A stretch of 64,000 nucleotides of DNA from Minisyncoccia bacterium. GTDB lineage: Bacteria; Patescibacteriota; Minisyncoccia; Phycocordibacterales; Phycocordibacteraceae. The position numbers and the translations under genes are program-made. Below, one piece after another: positions 7,874 to 17,698 of the stretch. Below the pieces are notes generated by a model. That model was not told the DNA's origin. It made no database searches and was given only the letters and a program-made list of their open reading frames with translations. The first letter of the stretch is position 1. Every line of letters starts with the position of its first letter. The stretch lies in NCBI GenBank assembly GCA_038207395.1, contig JBBQZW010000002.1:69752-133751 (forward strand), written 5' to 3'.

Positions 7874-8974
7874 TTACTGATTCATTGGCATCACCAGGTA
7901 AAGAAGGGTTGTGTCCCCCACTCCCCGAATAACAAGAGGACGCCCAATACCTGCTGAAGAAATACTCACTTGTTCTGTAGTAATAAGTGGGAGTGGTGCT
8001 TGCATATAGCGATGATTGAAGGACAACTCCACTGATTCACCTGTAATAGACGCCGTAATTGATTCATTCGTTTCACCGATATCGGTGTTTCGTGCAGAAA
8101 AATCGAGTTTCTTTTCTTCCAAATTAAAACCTATACGTATCTTTTGGAAAGAATCAGAAAACACAGATGTACGTTTTAAAACTGCCTCAAAGTCCTTACG
8201 GAGAAGTAACGCTTCAGTGGTGAATGATTTTGGAATAATCTGCGCGTAATCAGGGTACGCAACAGCCACAAGACGCGTTGTTACAATACCGTCCTTCCAT
8301 GAGAAGGCGCATTGATGATCATCAATAAGAACTTCTACCTCTTCATCGGGGATTGTTTGAACAATATCAATAGCATTCTTTGCAGGAATAAGGATTGAAA
8401 ACGGAGGTACCGTACCAGCAATTGAAATACGCTTCTCAGCAAGCCGAAAAGAATCTGTTGCAACCGCTGTAATAATTCCTCCTTCCGCTGAGAGCATTAC
8501 ACTTCCAAGCTCAGGACGAACCGTTGAAGGTGAAGCGAAGTTGGCAACGGTAAGGATAAGTGATTTTAGAAGCGCTCCTGGAAGCTTAAATTTAGCTGTA
8601 GGAGCATCAGGAAACGGGAGTGTGGGGAAATCCTCGTAGGGAAGGGTTTTAAGCGTACTCTTGCCCCCAGGAGAGCTTATAACGACAATGTCTCCGGTGT
8701 GTTCGAGGGTGATTGTACCGGTGTTAGAAAAAGAGTTTGTTATTTCTCGAAGCGTTGAGGACGGTAGTGCAACCACTCCGGTTTCTTTAATAGTGCCATG
8801 TACTTTAAAATCAATTCCTGTCTCAAGATTGGTTGCACGTAACTTAATACCATCATCCCCTGCAACGATTGCAATACCTGCAAGTACGGGAAGTGTGGCT
8901 GATCTTCGCTCAGCAAAACGAGAAACACGCGTAACCGCTTCGCTGAATTCTTTTTTTTCTAAAACTATGATCAT
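7874..8974 (-). CDS. dnaN: DNA polymerase III beta sliding clamp
   Basis: 366 aa with a typical DnaN N-terminus (MIIVLEKKEFSEAV...LPVLAGIAIVAG) and three-domain length. Lies downstream of dnaA. Confidence 0.9.
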   Translation of the reverse strand: MIIVLEKKEFSEAVTRVSRFAERRSATLPVLAGIAIVAGDDGIKLRATNLETGIDFKVHGTIKETGVVALPSSTLREITNSFSNTGTITLEHTGDIVVISSPGGKSTLKTLPYEDFPTLPFPDAPTAKFKLPGALLKSLILTVANFASPSTVRPELGSVMLSAEGGIITAVATDSFRLAEKRISIAGTVPPFSILIPAKNAIDIVQTIPDEEVEVLIDDHQCAFSWKDGIVTTRLVAVAYPDYAQIIPKSFTTEALLLRKDFEAVLKRTSVFSDSFQKIRIGFNLEEKKLDFSARNTDIGETNESITASITGESVELSFNHRYMQAPLPLITTEQVSISSAGIGRPLVIRGVGDTTLLYLVMPMNQ

Positions 8975-9217
8975 ACTCTTATTATTAGGGGTGTTGATAC
9001 TGGGGAAAGAGCGATATCTCTAGTATATACGGTCAAATTAGGAAGTCCCAATATCTGAAAACATGAAGATTTCCTAAAGATAGCCTGTGGGTAAGATGAG
9101 GGGTTGAAATGGAGGTGGGGAAAACCGTACGGTTTTCCCCACCTTTTCCCAATCTTTATCCCTCCGCTACTCCCACCCTTTCCCCACACTATCCACAGAG
9201 TTATCCTCAACTACTCT
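8975..9217. promoter_or_regulatory. candidate oriC / DnaA-box cluster (dnaA-dnaN intergenic)
   Basis: DnaA-box-like 9-mers TGTGGGTAA (9086-9094), TTATCCCTC (9156-9164), cTATCCACA (9189-9197) and TTATCCTCA (9201-9209). Perfect palindrome GGGGAAAACCG-TA-CGGTTTTCCCC at 9117-9140. AT-rich stretch at 9024-9075. Confidence 0.4.
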
Positions 9218-10597
9218 TTAAACTAAGAGACCACGAATTTCCTGAATCTCTTTTGAAAGTTCCGGATCATCAACGACTTCACGTTTAACTTTTTCACATG
9301 AGTGAATTACGGTGGTGTGATCACGTCCTCCAAGCTTGTTCCCGATAGTTGGATACGAAACACTAAAGTCTTCCCGGAGAATATACATAATTACCTGGCG
9401 AGGGCGTACTACTTCCCTTCTTCGAGTCTTTTCGTAAATACTGTCTTCTTCAATACCGTAATACTCTGCAACTTTAGAAACAACATGCTTAACGGAGAAG
9501 TTTTTTGTTGGGCGTGATACCGAGCGAAGAAGTTGGCGCACTTCTGCAAGGTCAGGAGACATTCCTTTTACTTGGGTGTGGCACACAATGCTATTAAGCA
9601 CCCCTTCAAGTTCACGGATTGAACCCGCAACTGAAGTGGCAATATGTTCAGTGGCGTCGTCAGCAAGCGTAACTCCGTTACTTGCAAGTTTCTTACGTAC
9701 AATAGCAATCCGGGATTCTGTGTCTGGCTCAGTAATATCAACGGTCATACCGCTTGCAAGGCGCCCACGAAGACGGTCAGCAATGTCGGGAATTGATATA
9801 GGGGCTCGGTCAGAGGAGAAAAGAATCTGACGGTTGTTGTCGTACAAAGAATTAAAAAGATGGAAGAGTTCCTCCTGCATTTTCTCCTTCTTCGAAAGGA
9901 ATTGAATATCATCCATGATCAAAAGATCATACTGACGGTATTTTTCCTTAAAACGATTAGCTGTTCCTGATTGAAGTGAGTCAGTATAGTCCGTACCAAA
10001 TTTCTCTGATGTTAAGTAAAAGACTTTCCGGTTAGGATATTTCTTCTTATATTCGTTCCCTATCGCCTGAATAAGGTGTGTTTTTCCACGACCAGTATCA
10101 CCATATATAAAAAGAGGGTTATACGTGATTCCGGGGCGATTTAGAGCGGCCTGGGCTGCTGTGTAGGCGAGTTCATTAAAGGCACCGACTACAAATGAAT
10201 CAAAGGTATAGCGCGGATTAAGGTTATCGCTCTTATTTATATAAAAATCATCAAGCGGAAGCTCCGGCGCAGGTGCTGAAGCATGAGAACGCTTCACTTC
10301 GCGTGGCTTACGTGCAAGGTCTTTTACGATATGGTACTCAATATTCCGATATTCATATGAAACATCTCGCAATATCTTAAGAATAAGAGAATTAAACTTC
10401 TTTATGTACCAATCTTTAAAGAAAAGGCTTGGAACACCAATCATCACAATTCCGTCCTCAATGCGGGTTATAGAGCTTTCACGGAACCACGTATTGAAGT
10501 TTGCTGAAGAGATCGAAAGTTCAACCTGTGAAAGTACGTACTCCCACAACTCATGAGGATCTGAACGATTAACGGTTTGGGTGGCTGCAGTACTCAT
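9218..10597 (-). CDS. dnaA: chromosomal replication initiator DnaA
   Basis: AAA+ Walker A GDTGRGKTHL, Walker B LLIMDDIQF, C-terminal DnaA-box binding domain. 459 aa. Confidence 0.95.
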   Translation of the reverse strand: MSTAATQTVNRSDPHELWEYVLSQVELSISSANFNTWFRESSITRIEDGIVMIGVPSLFFKDWYIKKFNSLILKILRDVSYEYRNIEYHIVKDLARKPREVKRSHASAPAPELPLDDFYINKSDNLNPRYTFDSFVVGAFNELAYTAAQAALNRPGITYNPLFIYGDTGRGKTHLIQAIGNEYKKKYPNRKVFYLTSEKFGTDYTDSLQSGTANRFKEKYRQYDLLIMDDIQFLSKKEKMQEELFHLFNSLYDNNRQILFSSDRAPISIPDIADRLRGRLASGMTVDITEPDTESRIAIVRKKLASNGVTLADDATEHIATSVAGSIRELEGVLNSIVCHTQVKGMSPDLAEVRQLLRSVSRPTKNFSVKHVVSKVAEYYGIEEDSIYEKTRRREVVRPRQVIMYILREDFSVSYPTIGNKLGGRDHTTVIHSCEKVKREVVDDPELSKEIQEIRGLLV

Positions 10598-10780
10598 AAG
10601 AAGAAGGTGAACTAAAAATGAAATTCACGATGCGTTATGCGACTCATTTCATCAGTTCTTCCAGGTACGGTGTGCATCGTAGTCGTAGTATACGCGTGTA
10701 CGCGCGCGTGGGAAGAGGCATTACATTCTTCTGTATTTGTTGCGTGTTCTGCGTCAACCTGGTACTATCCTGTGGACAAC

Positions 10781-10933
10781 ATGCCTAAGCGAACCTACCA
10801 GCCAAAAAAGCGCAAACGCGCTCGAACACACGGATTTCTTGCCCGAACTGCCACTCCTGGCGGTCGTCGCGTGATACTTGCTCGTCGCCGTAAAGGACGC
10901 GCAAGCCTCACGGTCTCCAAAAAAGTCCGTTAA
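10781..10933 (+). CDS. rpmH: 50S ribosomal protein L34
   Basis: [40 protein letters not shown] is the L34 consensus. ATG at 10781; the track ORF is an upstream extension. One-mismatch DnaA box TGTGGACAA immediately upstream (10771-10779). Confidence 0.9.
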   Translation: MPKRTYQPKKRKRARTHGFLARTATPGGRRVILARRRKGRASLTVSKKVR

Positions 10934-10965
10934 TTCAATTCCCTAGAGGGAATTAGTGAAATTAT

Positions 10966-11286
10966 ATGCTTCCGCGAACCCTCCGACTCCCCAGGCAGGG
11001 ATTTGAGAACACACGAGGACTCCGTCGTATGACGAGTCCTCATTTCTCTATATCATATGGGTATATTGAGGGATTTGGTGGCTCGGCTATTATTGTTCCC
11101 AAAAAGGCAGTAAAAGGAGCTGTGACACGGCACCTGCTTAAGCGTCGTGTACGTGCTCTTATTCAGCCCTGGAGCAGCTCAGAACAAGTACTTATTATTA
11201 CTGCTCGCTCAGGATCTGCAGACCTTACTCGAGTTGCGCTAAAAGACGAGCTTTCACAAGCACTTACCGCTATACTGTCCACATAA
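10966..11286 (+). CDS. rnpA: ribonuclease P protein component
   Basis: Position after rpmH. Basic about 106 aa protein with an IVPKKAVKGAVTRHLLKRRVR motif typical of RnpA. Confidence 0.8.
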   Translation: MLPRTLRLPRQGFENTRGLRRMTSPHFSISYGYIEGFGGSAIIVPKKAVKGAVTRHLLKRRVRALIQPWSSSEQVLIITARSGSADLTRVALKDELSQALTAILST

Positions 11287-11287
11287 C

Positions 11288-12031
11288 ATGATCCTTTCCT
11301 TCTTTCACACGTACCTATACGTACCAATCTATAACCTCCTCATTTTCTTTGTAGGAATCGTACCAAATGGAGATGTCGGTATTGCTGTTATCGTTGTAAC
11401 GATAGTGGTAAAAATTATCATTACTCCCTTTTCCATTAGCGCAGTCAAAACACAGCGTCGAATGAAGTTCCTTGAGCCCCAAATGAAGGTGATTAAGGAA
11501 AAATATAAGGATAATAAGGAAAAACAGGCACTCGAAACGCTTGCTCTTTATAAAAATAACGGCGTTAAACCGTTTTCAAGTATCTTCGCGAGCTTCCTTC
11601 AACTCCCGGTAATTATCTCTCTCTATCTTGTTTTTAGTCACGAACACCTGGTTGCACCAAACGTATCGATTATCTATAGCTTTATCTCGTTCCCTGCGCA
11701 TATTTCACCGCTCTTCCTTGGCCTTTTCTCAACAACAGGCCACACGATAATTCTTACGGGAATTGCAGTTATTGCTCAGTTCCTCCAGGCATACCTTACT
11801 ATCCCTGTTCCTGAAAAACCCGAGAACGGGGTTGCTACAGGTGCAGAAGAATTCTCACGCGCTCTTTCACTGCAGTCTCGCTTCATTCTCCCTGTTATTA
11901 TCGGTGTTGTTGCGTACGCCTCAGGCGCACTCGCTCTCTACTTTATTACCAGTAGTATCATTGGAATCATCCAAGAGTATTACGTGCGATACGAACTCCG
12001 TTACCTTGAAATGCCTAAAGCGGTTAGTTAA
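11288..12031 (+). CDS. yidC: membrane protein insertase YidC (short form)
   Basis: rpmH-rnpA-yidC synteny. Multi-TM 247 aa with the conserved YidC/Oxa1 helix-1 region and the KEKQ...LYK..GVNP-like motif (ALYKNNGVKPFSS). Confidence 0.8.
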   Translation: MILSFFHTYLYVPIYNLLIFFVGIVPNGDVGIAVIVVTIVVKIIITPFSISAVKTQRRMKFLEPQMKVIKEKYKDNKEKQALETLALYKNNGVKPFSSIFASFLQLPVIISLYLVFSHEHLVAPNVSIIYSFISFPAHISPLFLGLFSTTGHTIILTGIAVIAQFLQAYLTIPVPEKPENGVATGAEEFSRALSLQSRFILPVIIGVVAYASGALALYFITSSIIGIIQEYYVRYELRYLEMPKAVS

Positions 12032-13332
12032 AGGTCGTAACTAAAGAGTGCGCCTGAGTGCTTGTCTGAAAATACAAGAATATCTTCTGAAGGGTCGAGA
12101 GTAAGGTTTACCGCATCTACCTGTATCTTCCCTATTTGATTAGGGTCAAGGACAAGGGTTGCTACGCGTTGAGTTAGATCAATCTTCCAAATACGGTCAG
12201 TAAAAGTAATAGCCCCTTGGTACCAATCATCAGGAAGATTGCCTGAGAGGTTTGTAGGTACTGCGCAGTACACCGAAAGACCATCTGCAGTCCACACACA
12301 CTTCTCACTTAATGTTGATACTGGAAGTGCTGTACTTGCGCGAGTCGCGACATTTAATACGCGGAGCTGGTACACTCCCCCACTCGTGTAGCTATATATA
12401 AGTGACGACCCGTTCAAACTGGGAAGTACTGATAGTCCTCGGAACGCTCCAAGCACACGGCTAAAGTTTCCGGTGGTGCGATTGATTTGAAATGCATACC
12501 CGTCAATTTGAGATGACGGCTTGTTGTTTGCGAAAAGATCTCCCGTGCTTGGGTGCACCGTAATGGCTGACAGAAGCGAAGAGAATAATGTGCGGGAATT
12601 AGACCCGTCAGCACGTGAGAGTGTCCCTACCGACCCTGTACTGCCAGAGAAGAGGGTAAACAGCGTACTTGAACCAACAACGTCTACTTGTGCAAGATCA
12701 TTCTCAAGCAAATACCCGTCTCCCCCGTTTGCGTTAAGTGCGTAGGTGTTAACTGACTCTTTACCTGCACTGGTTGCTAAAAATTGAGCGTATGCGCGCG
12801 TTCCGTCAGGAGTCCACGAAGCTCGCTGGATTCCCGGAAGAGTCTTATTTGAAATACGAGTAAGGGTTCGCGCGTGTGCAATGTATGAGTATACGTTTCC
12901 GCTCGCGCGATCAATGAACCGGACCTCAACGTCAGGGGTAGTTGCGGGAGTAGATATTGGGGTGTTTGTTGATTTTTTAACGGTAGTTGTAGTGGTTGCG
13001 GTTGATGTGGCAGAAAGAGAAACCGTCTCAACGTTTGTGGTAATTGCTGCAGCGTCAGGATTTGGAAGTTGAATAGGAAGCGCTACAGAACCATGTGCAA
13101 CCGGTCCATCAGTAATTTTCACAAAGCGCGGTGCAAGGGTGGTACCGGCATTCTGTATGATGCCATCAGTCGGTAAATCAGTACTTGGTGCAGAAGCACC
13201 ACTTCCTGTATTTGCGAACGGATCCCCCACTGAAAGGTTTGCACTCTTAGGTGCAAAGAATAGGAAGTACACACCAATCAAAATCCCAATCAGAACTACT
13301 ATTCCTGCGATGATAATGAAGAGACGTTTCAT
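12028..13332 (-). CDS. membrane-anchored Thr-rich beta-rich protein (last gene of the T4SS-like cluster)
   Basis: N-terminal TM (FIIIAGIVVLIGILIGVYFLFF), poly-Thr linker, long beta-rich ectodomain. Only 10 nt from the next gene. Confidence 0.4.
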   Translation of the reverse strand: MKRLFIIIAGIVVLIGILIGVYFLFFAPKSANLSVGDPFANTGSGASAPSTDLPTDGIIQNAGTTLAPRFVKITDGPVAHGSVALPIQLPNPDAAAITTNVETVSLSATSTATTTTTVKKSTNTPISTPATTPDVEVRFIDRASGNVYSYIAHARTLTRISNKTLPGIQRASWTPDGTRAYAQFLATSAGKESVNTYALNANGGDGYLLENDLAQVDVVGSSTLFTLFSGSTGSVGTLSRADGSNSRTLFSSLLSAITVHPSTGDLFANNKPSSQIDGYAFQINRTTGNFSRVLGAFRGLSVLPSLNGSSLIYSYTSGGVYQLRVLNVATRASTALPVSTLSEKCVWTADGLSVYCAVPTNLSGNLPDDWYQGAITFTDRIWKIDLTQRVATLVLDPNQIGKIQVDAVNLTLDPSEDILVFSDKHSGALFSYDL

Positions 13333-13342
13333 AGAGATATCA

Positions 13343-14341
13343 CTACGAGTTTGGACATAGTGGAAGCTTAGAGAGTGTTGTGTAACTACTTGCTGGAAGA
13401 GGTTTTGCTAACGTTGCACTCGTTAATTTAGAATCGTCAGTATTGCAATTATTACCCAAAGCACGAAGACCAGGTTGTCTACTAAACGTGTTTGCCGCCG
13501 AAGTACAGGTGGATTTTGAAGTATAGTGAGCGGTATTTTCAATAGTACACTTTTCACCTGTATCATAATTAGTGTCTTGGTAATAGTAATCAACGGTAAA
13601 GTTCCCCTTATCAGTTGTAGGATCGGAGATTGGTTTTGATGGCGTCTGGTCATTTGCCGGATCATACCCACAACATGTGTTCTTGGTATCAGAAATTGCA
13701 CAGCAGGTATCTGAATAATGAGCCCAACCCTTACCTATCGCGCTACAAACCGACGCGGCATCTTTTCCTGAAGGAAGAGGAACAGTTTGTTTTTTAACTA
13801 TAGAACTACATACCTTAGCTTCGGAACTTGTCGAAGGACTACTTACATCGTAATTTGAATTCAACTTGGTTTGAAGCGCACTTACGTCGAGATTAAGTTT
13901 TAGGATATCAGGGTTAATGATGCCAAATACTATCGTTGGGGCCAAAATAAGCACCAAACCCAAAATTGCATTTTGAATACGAGATTTTGCCTTCTCATTT
14001 GAGGTGACGCTCCCTGAGCTTGTCATGATCTGCACACCGGCAACCATTATCATGATCACGGCCAATACCGCACCAGCACCAATCATTATTTTGTAGAGCT
14101 GATTAAGAAAGTTCGGAAGAGTACTTGCTGATACCGCATCCTTAATTCCAGGAAGAGCGGTGAGTGGTTCGAATTTTATTGGTTGAGCACTATCCGAAGC
14201 AGTCGCCGATACTCCTGGCGTGGCTGCAGTGGCTTTATTGTTATTTTGAGCAAAAGTGGTAAATGGAGTGCTGATCAGAAATAGAAAAGCAAAAACTACC
14301 GCTACCTTAGCTGTTAGTCGTAAAAGAGTGCTAGTTTTCAT
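13343..14341 (-). CDS. VirB2/TrbC-like pilin-type protein with Cys-rich C-terminal extension
   Basis: Signal peptide, then two hydrophobic helices (IMIGAGAVLAVIMIMVAGVQI / AILGLVLILAPTIVFGII) in the VirB2/TrbC arrangement. An extension of about 180 aa holds 11 Cys. Confidence 0.4.
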   Translation of the reverse strand: MKTSTLLRLTAKVAVVFAFLFLISTPFTTFAQNNNKATAATPGVSATASDSAQPIKFEPLTALPGIKDAVSASTLPNFLNQLYKIMIGAGAVLAVIMIMVAGVQIMTSSGSVTSNEKAKSRIQNAILGLVLILAPTIVFGIINPDILKLNLDVSALQTKLNSNYDVSSPSTSSEAKVCSSIVKKQTVPLPSGKDAASVCSAIGKGWAHYSDTCCAISDTKNTCCGYDPANDQTPSKPISDPTTDKGNFTVDYYYQDTNYDTGEKCTIENTAHYTSKSTCTSAANTFSRQPGLRALGNNCNTDDSKLTSATLAKPLPASSYTTLSKLPLCPNS

Positions 14342-14343
14342 AA

Positions 14344-15330
14344 TTAAAAGCCAAAGAGATTCGATACCGCCTTACCAAATGTTACGGACAGTGAACTGTT
14401 TGCAGATTGGCCAAGAGACCCAGACGAGCCCGATATATTCAGAATAGCAGTTCCTTGTCCGTTTCCTGCGGGACGAACGGTAATATCTTGCCCGGTCTGG
14501 CTTGGAGAACCATTTACCTCCCAGGTCAGAGATGGAATGCTGGTGAAGTAGTACGGAACTGCTCGATACGTAGCTTCTGCGCTTGTTAATGCGACTGCAC
14601 GGGTAAGAGCGGTATCATACCGAACCCCAAGTAATGGATCATTTTCGTATATACGAATTAGTGGGTCACGGGGAGCTATAAAGACTGAAGCTTGACCAAC
14701 AACGCTGCTGTCTTGGCTTGATACGGTGACTGACAGTGTCGTGTTGCGGTATCGAATAGGGGCGGTGGCAGTAAGTACTGATTTGCCAATACCTGAGGAA
14801 CTTTGAAGAATTTGCTCACCATTTTTCCACGTATATACAAGATTCTGCGAAGGAATCTGAACACCCTTTGACGTTCGCAGGTCAGGTACTGCAATAATGC
14901 GGAGACGTCCCTCGCTACCAATTAACGCAGCCCCCTCATAGAAAGGATGGCTCGTTGAGGTTGGCTCAAGAACGAGCGCGACATCAGCAGGATGAATACT
15001 AATGGATTTACTATACGTCTGGCCATTATTTACTGCAGTAACTTTTATGTTCGTAACCGTGCCAGGCCCACCAACGGCAATACTCGCACTTTCTGAACCA
15101 GTCCCCTTCTGTACAACTACACCATTTACTGAAAATGTAATGGTACTAGCTGACAGATCAATAAGCGTACTCTCTGGGGTAATGGTAACGATTTGATATG
15201 GACGGGGGTAATCAGGATCGATTGTGATAGTTAACGGATCGGTTGTTCCGATTTGAGCATGAGTTACATATACCGCACTCAAGCCAAAAAGAAGGAGGGA
15301 TGTAAAAAGTGTTTTACGAAGCACAGACAT
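14344..15330 (-). CDS. secreted beta-rich protein (T4SS-like cluster)
   Basis: Signal peptide MSVLRKTLFTSLLLFGLSAVYVTHAQ. Ser/Thr-rich, Ig-like composition. Confidence 0.4.
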   Translation of the reverse strand: MSVLRKTLFTSLLLFGLSAVYVTHAQIGTTDPLTITIDPDYPRPYQIVTITPESTLIDLSASTITFSVNGVVVQKGTGSESASIAVGGPGTVTNIKVTAVNNGQTYSKSISIHPADVALVLEPTSTSHPFYEGAALIGSEGRLRIIAVPDLRTSKGVQIPSQNLVYTWKNGEQILQSSSGIGKSVLTATAPIRYRNTTLSVTVSSQDSSVVGQASVFIAPRDPLIRIYENDPLLGVRYDTALTRAVALTSAEATYRAVPYYFTSIPSLTWEVNGSPSQTGQDITVRPAGNGQGTAILNISGSSGSLGQSANSSLSVTFGKAVSNLFGF

Positions 15331-15393
15331 GCCTACAGTATAGCGCCCCTCAGGATATCTTTAGCCACCACACGCCGTACATATGGGTATTAG

Positions 15394-15852
15394 TTATACT
15401 GCCTCCTGGAATTCTTCCCTTGAATTAGTATCGTTTGTCGCAGTGGGTGGTGGTATTTTTTGAGCACCAAAACGTATTCTGTTTGAAGTAGAGGAAGGAA
15501 TCGTCTTCTTTTTTGTTTCACCCATACGACTACCAACAATAACGCCAATAACGCCAGCAGTAATACCTGGAAGTCCATCTAAGAAAGGAACAAGCTCAAG
15601 TATGGTTGATCCAAATACTGAAAAGCTTTTTAAACCAGCTCCTTTCCCACTGAAATAATTAACCTTGCAAAGCGCAAACCAAACACCAAAAATACAGATT
15701 GAAAGGAATGCGATGAATATTGAGAGTGGCGCTGTAACTACCAGTAAGGTTAGAAGGAACTGGAAACCGTCCAAAAGAAGGGCCAGCCCGATCATAAAAG
15801 CGGCAGTGATATTTGAAATCTTGTGTGGAACAGTACCTGATGACTCTGCCAT
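15394..15852 (-). CDS. small polytopic membrane protein (T4SS-like cluster)
   Basis: 152 aa with 3-4 predicted TM helices. Confidence 0.4.
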   Translation of the reverse strand: MAESSGTVPHKISNITAAFMIGLALLLDGFQFLLTLLVVTAPLSIFIAFLSICIFGVWFALCKVNYFSGKGAGLKSFSVFGSTILELVPFLDGLPGITAGVIGVIVGSRMGETKKKTIPSSTSNRIRFGAQKIPPPTATNDTNSREEFQEAV

Positions 15853-15862
15853 ACCAGACTAG

Positions 15863-17686
15863 TTATGAATCCTTCTCCGTCTCAATTCGCTGTTTTTCTC
15901 GTTTTATTGCCAAAAGCTGTGAGGGGTCAGAGGTAATAATTTGATCTTCGGTATACGATGCAACAATTTTAATTGCCACATGCTTAAGACCTGCAAAGAA
16001 GAGTCCCTCGCCCACTCCTGATTCGAGGAGAAGAAATTTCTCCTCGTCGGTAAGGTTAAATGTTTCCTTGAGAACTTCGATAGTCGTTGGAGATTGCTTC
16101 AGAAGAAGTTGGATAGAAGAGTTGGTGAGAATGGGACGTCCGTATGGGCTGCGCAAGAAGTCTTCAACGTCTTGGGTGACGGTAGCGAGTCCGAGGAAAT
16201 ACTTACGACCACGCTTTGCAAGACCAAATAAGAACGATGCTGTGTCTTCAGACTTCATCATCCACCACGCCTCATCAATGATTAAGAGGCGCTTCTTAAG
16301 CTCTGCCCGAACGGCGTTCCAGATGAAGTGCGTAACAATGTACATTGCCACTGGTTTAAGCTCATCCTCCATGTCACGCACAGAAAACACAATGAATTGC
16401 TTGTTAATATCGACGTTAGTGGGACGATTAAGGAAACCTGACCAGGTACCACGAGTGTATTTCGTAAGACGTGTCACGAGTGACTGTGAGCCTTCCATAC
16501 CTGAAAGTACATTCTCAAAGTCAGAGAGAAGTGGAGGCTCCATACCATTAAAGTTTGAATCCCCCGTAATGTCTTTCAAGGCATATGTTTCAGAAATGGC
16601 ACGGTCAATGATTGCATCCTCTTCGGGAGTAAGACCACCAAGCATGATACGGAAGAGTCCGACCAGGTTAATAATGTTAGAGCGAAGAATGTCAGTGGGT
16701 TCCTCATCTTCTTTGACCATAGGAAGGTCAAAAGGATTGATATGGTGTTCGCTCGAAAGAGAGATGTTGAACATTCGACCGCCGGTCGCTTGTGCCAGGT
16801 ATTCGTATTCACGCTCTGGGTCGATAACAATAACGTCTGTGTCAAACATGAGTGAGCGTAGAATCTCAAGCTTAACGGCATATGACTTACCTGAACCAGA
16901 CTTTGCAAACACTACCGAGTTATAGTTTTCAAGCGAGAAACGGTCAAAAAGAATAAGTGATGCGTTATGACGATTAATCCCGTAGAGAATACCGCGGTCA
17001 CTTGAGAGGTCGAATGATACAAAAGGGAAAATACTTGATAATGGGGATGAATTGAGCTTGTTATGGACTTCAAGTTCGTCAGTGGCAATAGGAAGTGTAG
17101 AGCGGAAGCCTTGTGCTTGCTCGAAGAGTGCTGGTTTTGTATACACTAACTTCGAATCAAGAATTCCTCTGACATCACCCTCAATCTTGTCGAGTTCTTC
17201 CTTTGAGCTTGCGTAGAGCGTCATGTATAGACCAACGTCAAATAGACGTTCCTGCGCTTGCTGGAGATTATCACGAAGGGTTTCCAGATCCTGATATGCG
17301 GTGTCGAGCATAGGATCACGCACCAATCCTTTCGCTTCCCTGTCTGAAATCTGACTTTGCACTTCTGCCACCTTACGCTGAAAATTCTTTAACGCGTCCG
17401 CTGTATCTACGGGGTGAACAAAGATGGAAACATCAAATACCTTATCAAGGTTAATAATTGGGGTGAACCAACTGTCTGTGAGATAGCGGGGGTATGAAAT
17501 AGTGTAGAACGTACGGGAAACCTTCTCCCCGAGCTCTATTTCTTTTGACCCAACCTTAAGTGCCGCTGGCGCTATTGCATCAGCAAGCTCAAGCTTCCCT
17601 GCGGCATATATATCTTTAGGTAGTACGGGGGCAATCTTAGGCCCGTCATCGTTGTTCCCGCGGTTTAAAAAATCTAAAAGTGCCAT
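15863..17686 (-). CDS. VirB4/TrbE/CagE-family type IV secretion ATPase (ATPase portion)
   Basis: Walker A VVFAKSGSGKSY, Walker B RLLIIDEAWWMM, TVTQDVEDF motif. YTISYPRYL-type N-terminal region characteristic of VirB4/PrgJ/TcpF. Confidence 0.8.
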   Translation of the reverse strand: MALLDFLNRGNNDDGPKIAPVLPKDIYAAGKLELADAIAPAALKVGSKEIELGEKVSRTFYTISYPRYLTDSWFTPIINLDKVFDVSIFVHPVDTADALKNFQRKVAEVQSQISDREAKGLVRDPMLDTAYQDLETLRDNLQQAQERLFDVGLYMTLYASSKEELDKIEGDVRGILDSKLVYTKPALFEQAQGFRSTLPIATDELEVHNKLNSSPLSSIFPFVSFDLSSDRGILYGINRHNASLILFDRFSLENYNSVVFAKSGSGKSYAVKLEILRSLMFDTDVIVIDPEREYEYLAQATGGRMFNISLSSEHHINPFDLPMVKEDEEPTDILRSNIINLVGLFRIMLGGLTPEEDAIIDRAISETYALKDITGDSNFNGMEPPLLSDFENVLSGMEGSQSLVTRLTKYTRGTWSGFLNRPTNVDINKQFIVFSVRDMEDELKPVAMYIVTHFIWNAVRAELKKRLLIIDEAWWMMKSEDTASFLFGLAKRGRKYFLGLATVTQDVEDFLRSPYGRPILTNSSIQLLLKQSPTTIEVLKETFNLTDEEKFLLLESGVGEGLFFAGLKHVAIKIVASYTEDQIITSDPSQLLAIKREKQRIETEKDS

Positions 17687-17698
17687 ATAAAGTAGTAG

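Noticed and set aside
10637-10933. 98 aa version of the rpmH ORF and the alternative-start extensions of several track ORFs (e.g. 46133, 57026, 27938, 52343)
   Set aside because: The N-terminal extensions have no homology support and lack an RBS. Internal ATGs preceded by purine-rich RBS-like sequence give proteins of canonical length.
16068-16925. 285 aa plus-strand ORF inside the VirB4 ATPase gene
   Set aside because: It is antisense to a gene with clear Walker motifs. It has Ser/Arg-rich low-complexity composition and no RBS.
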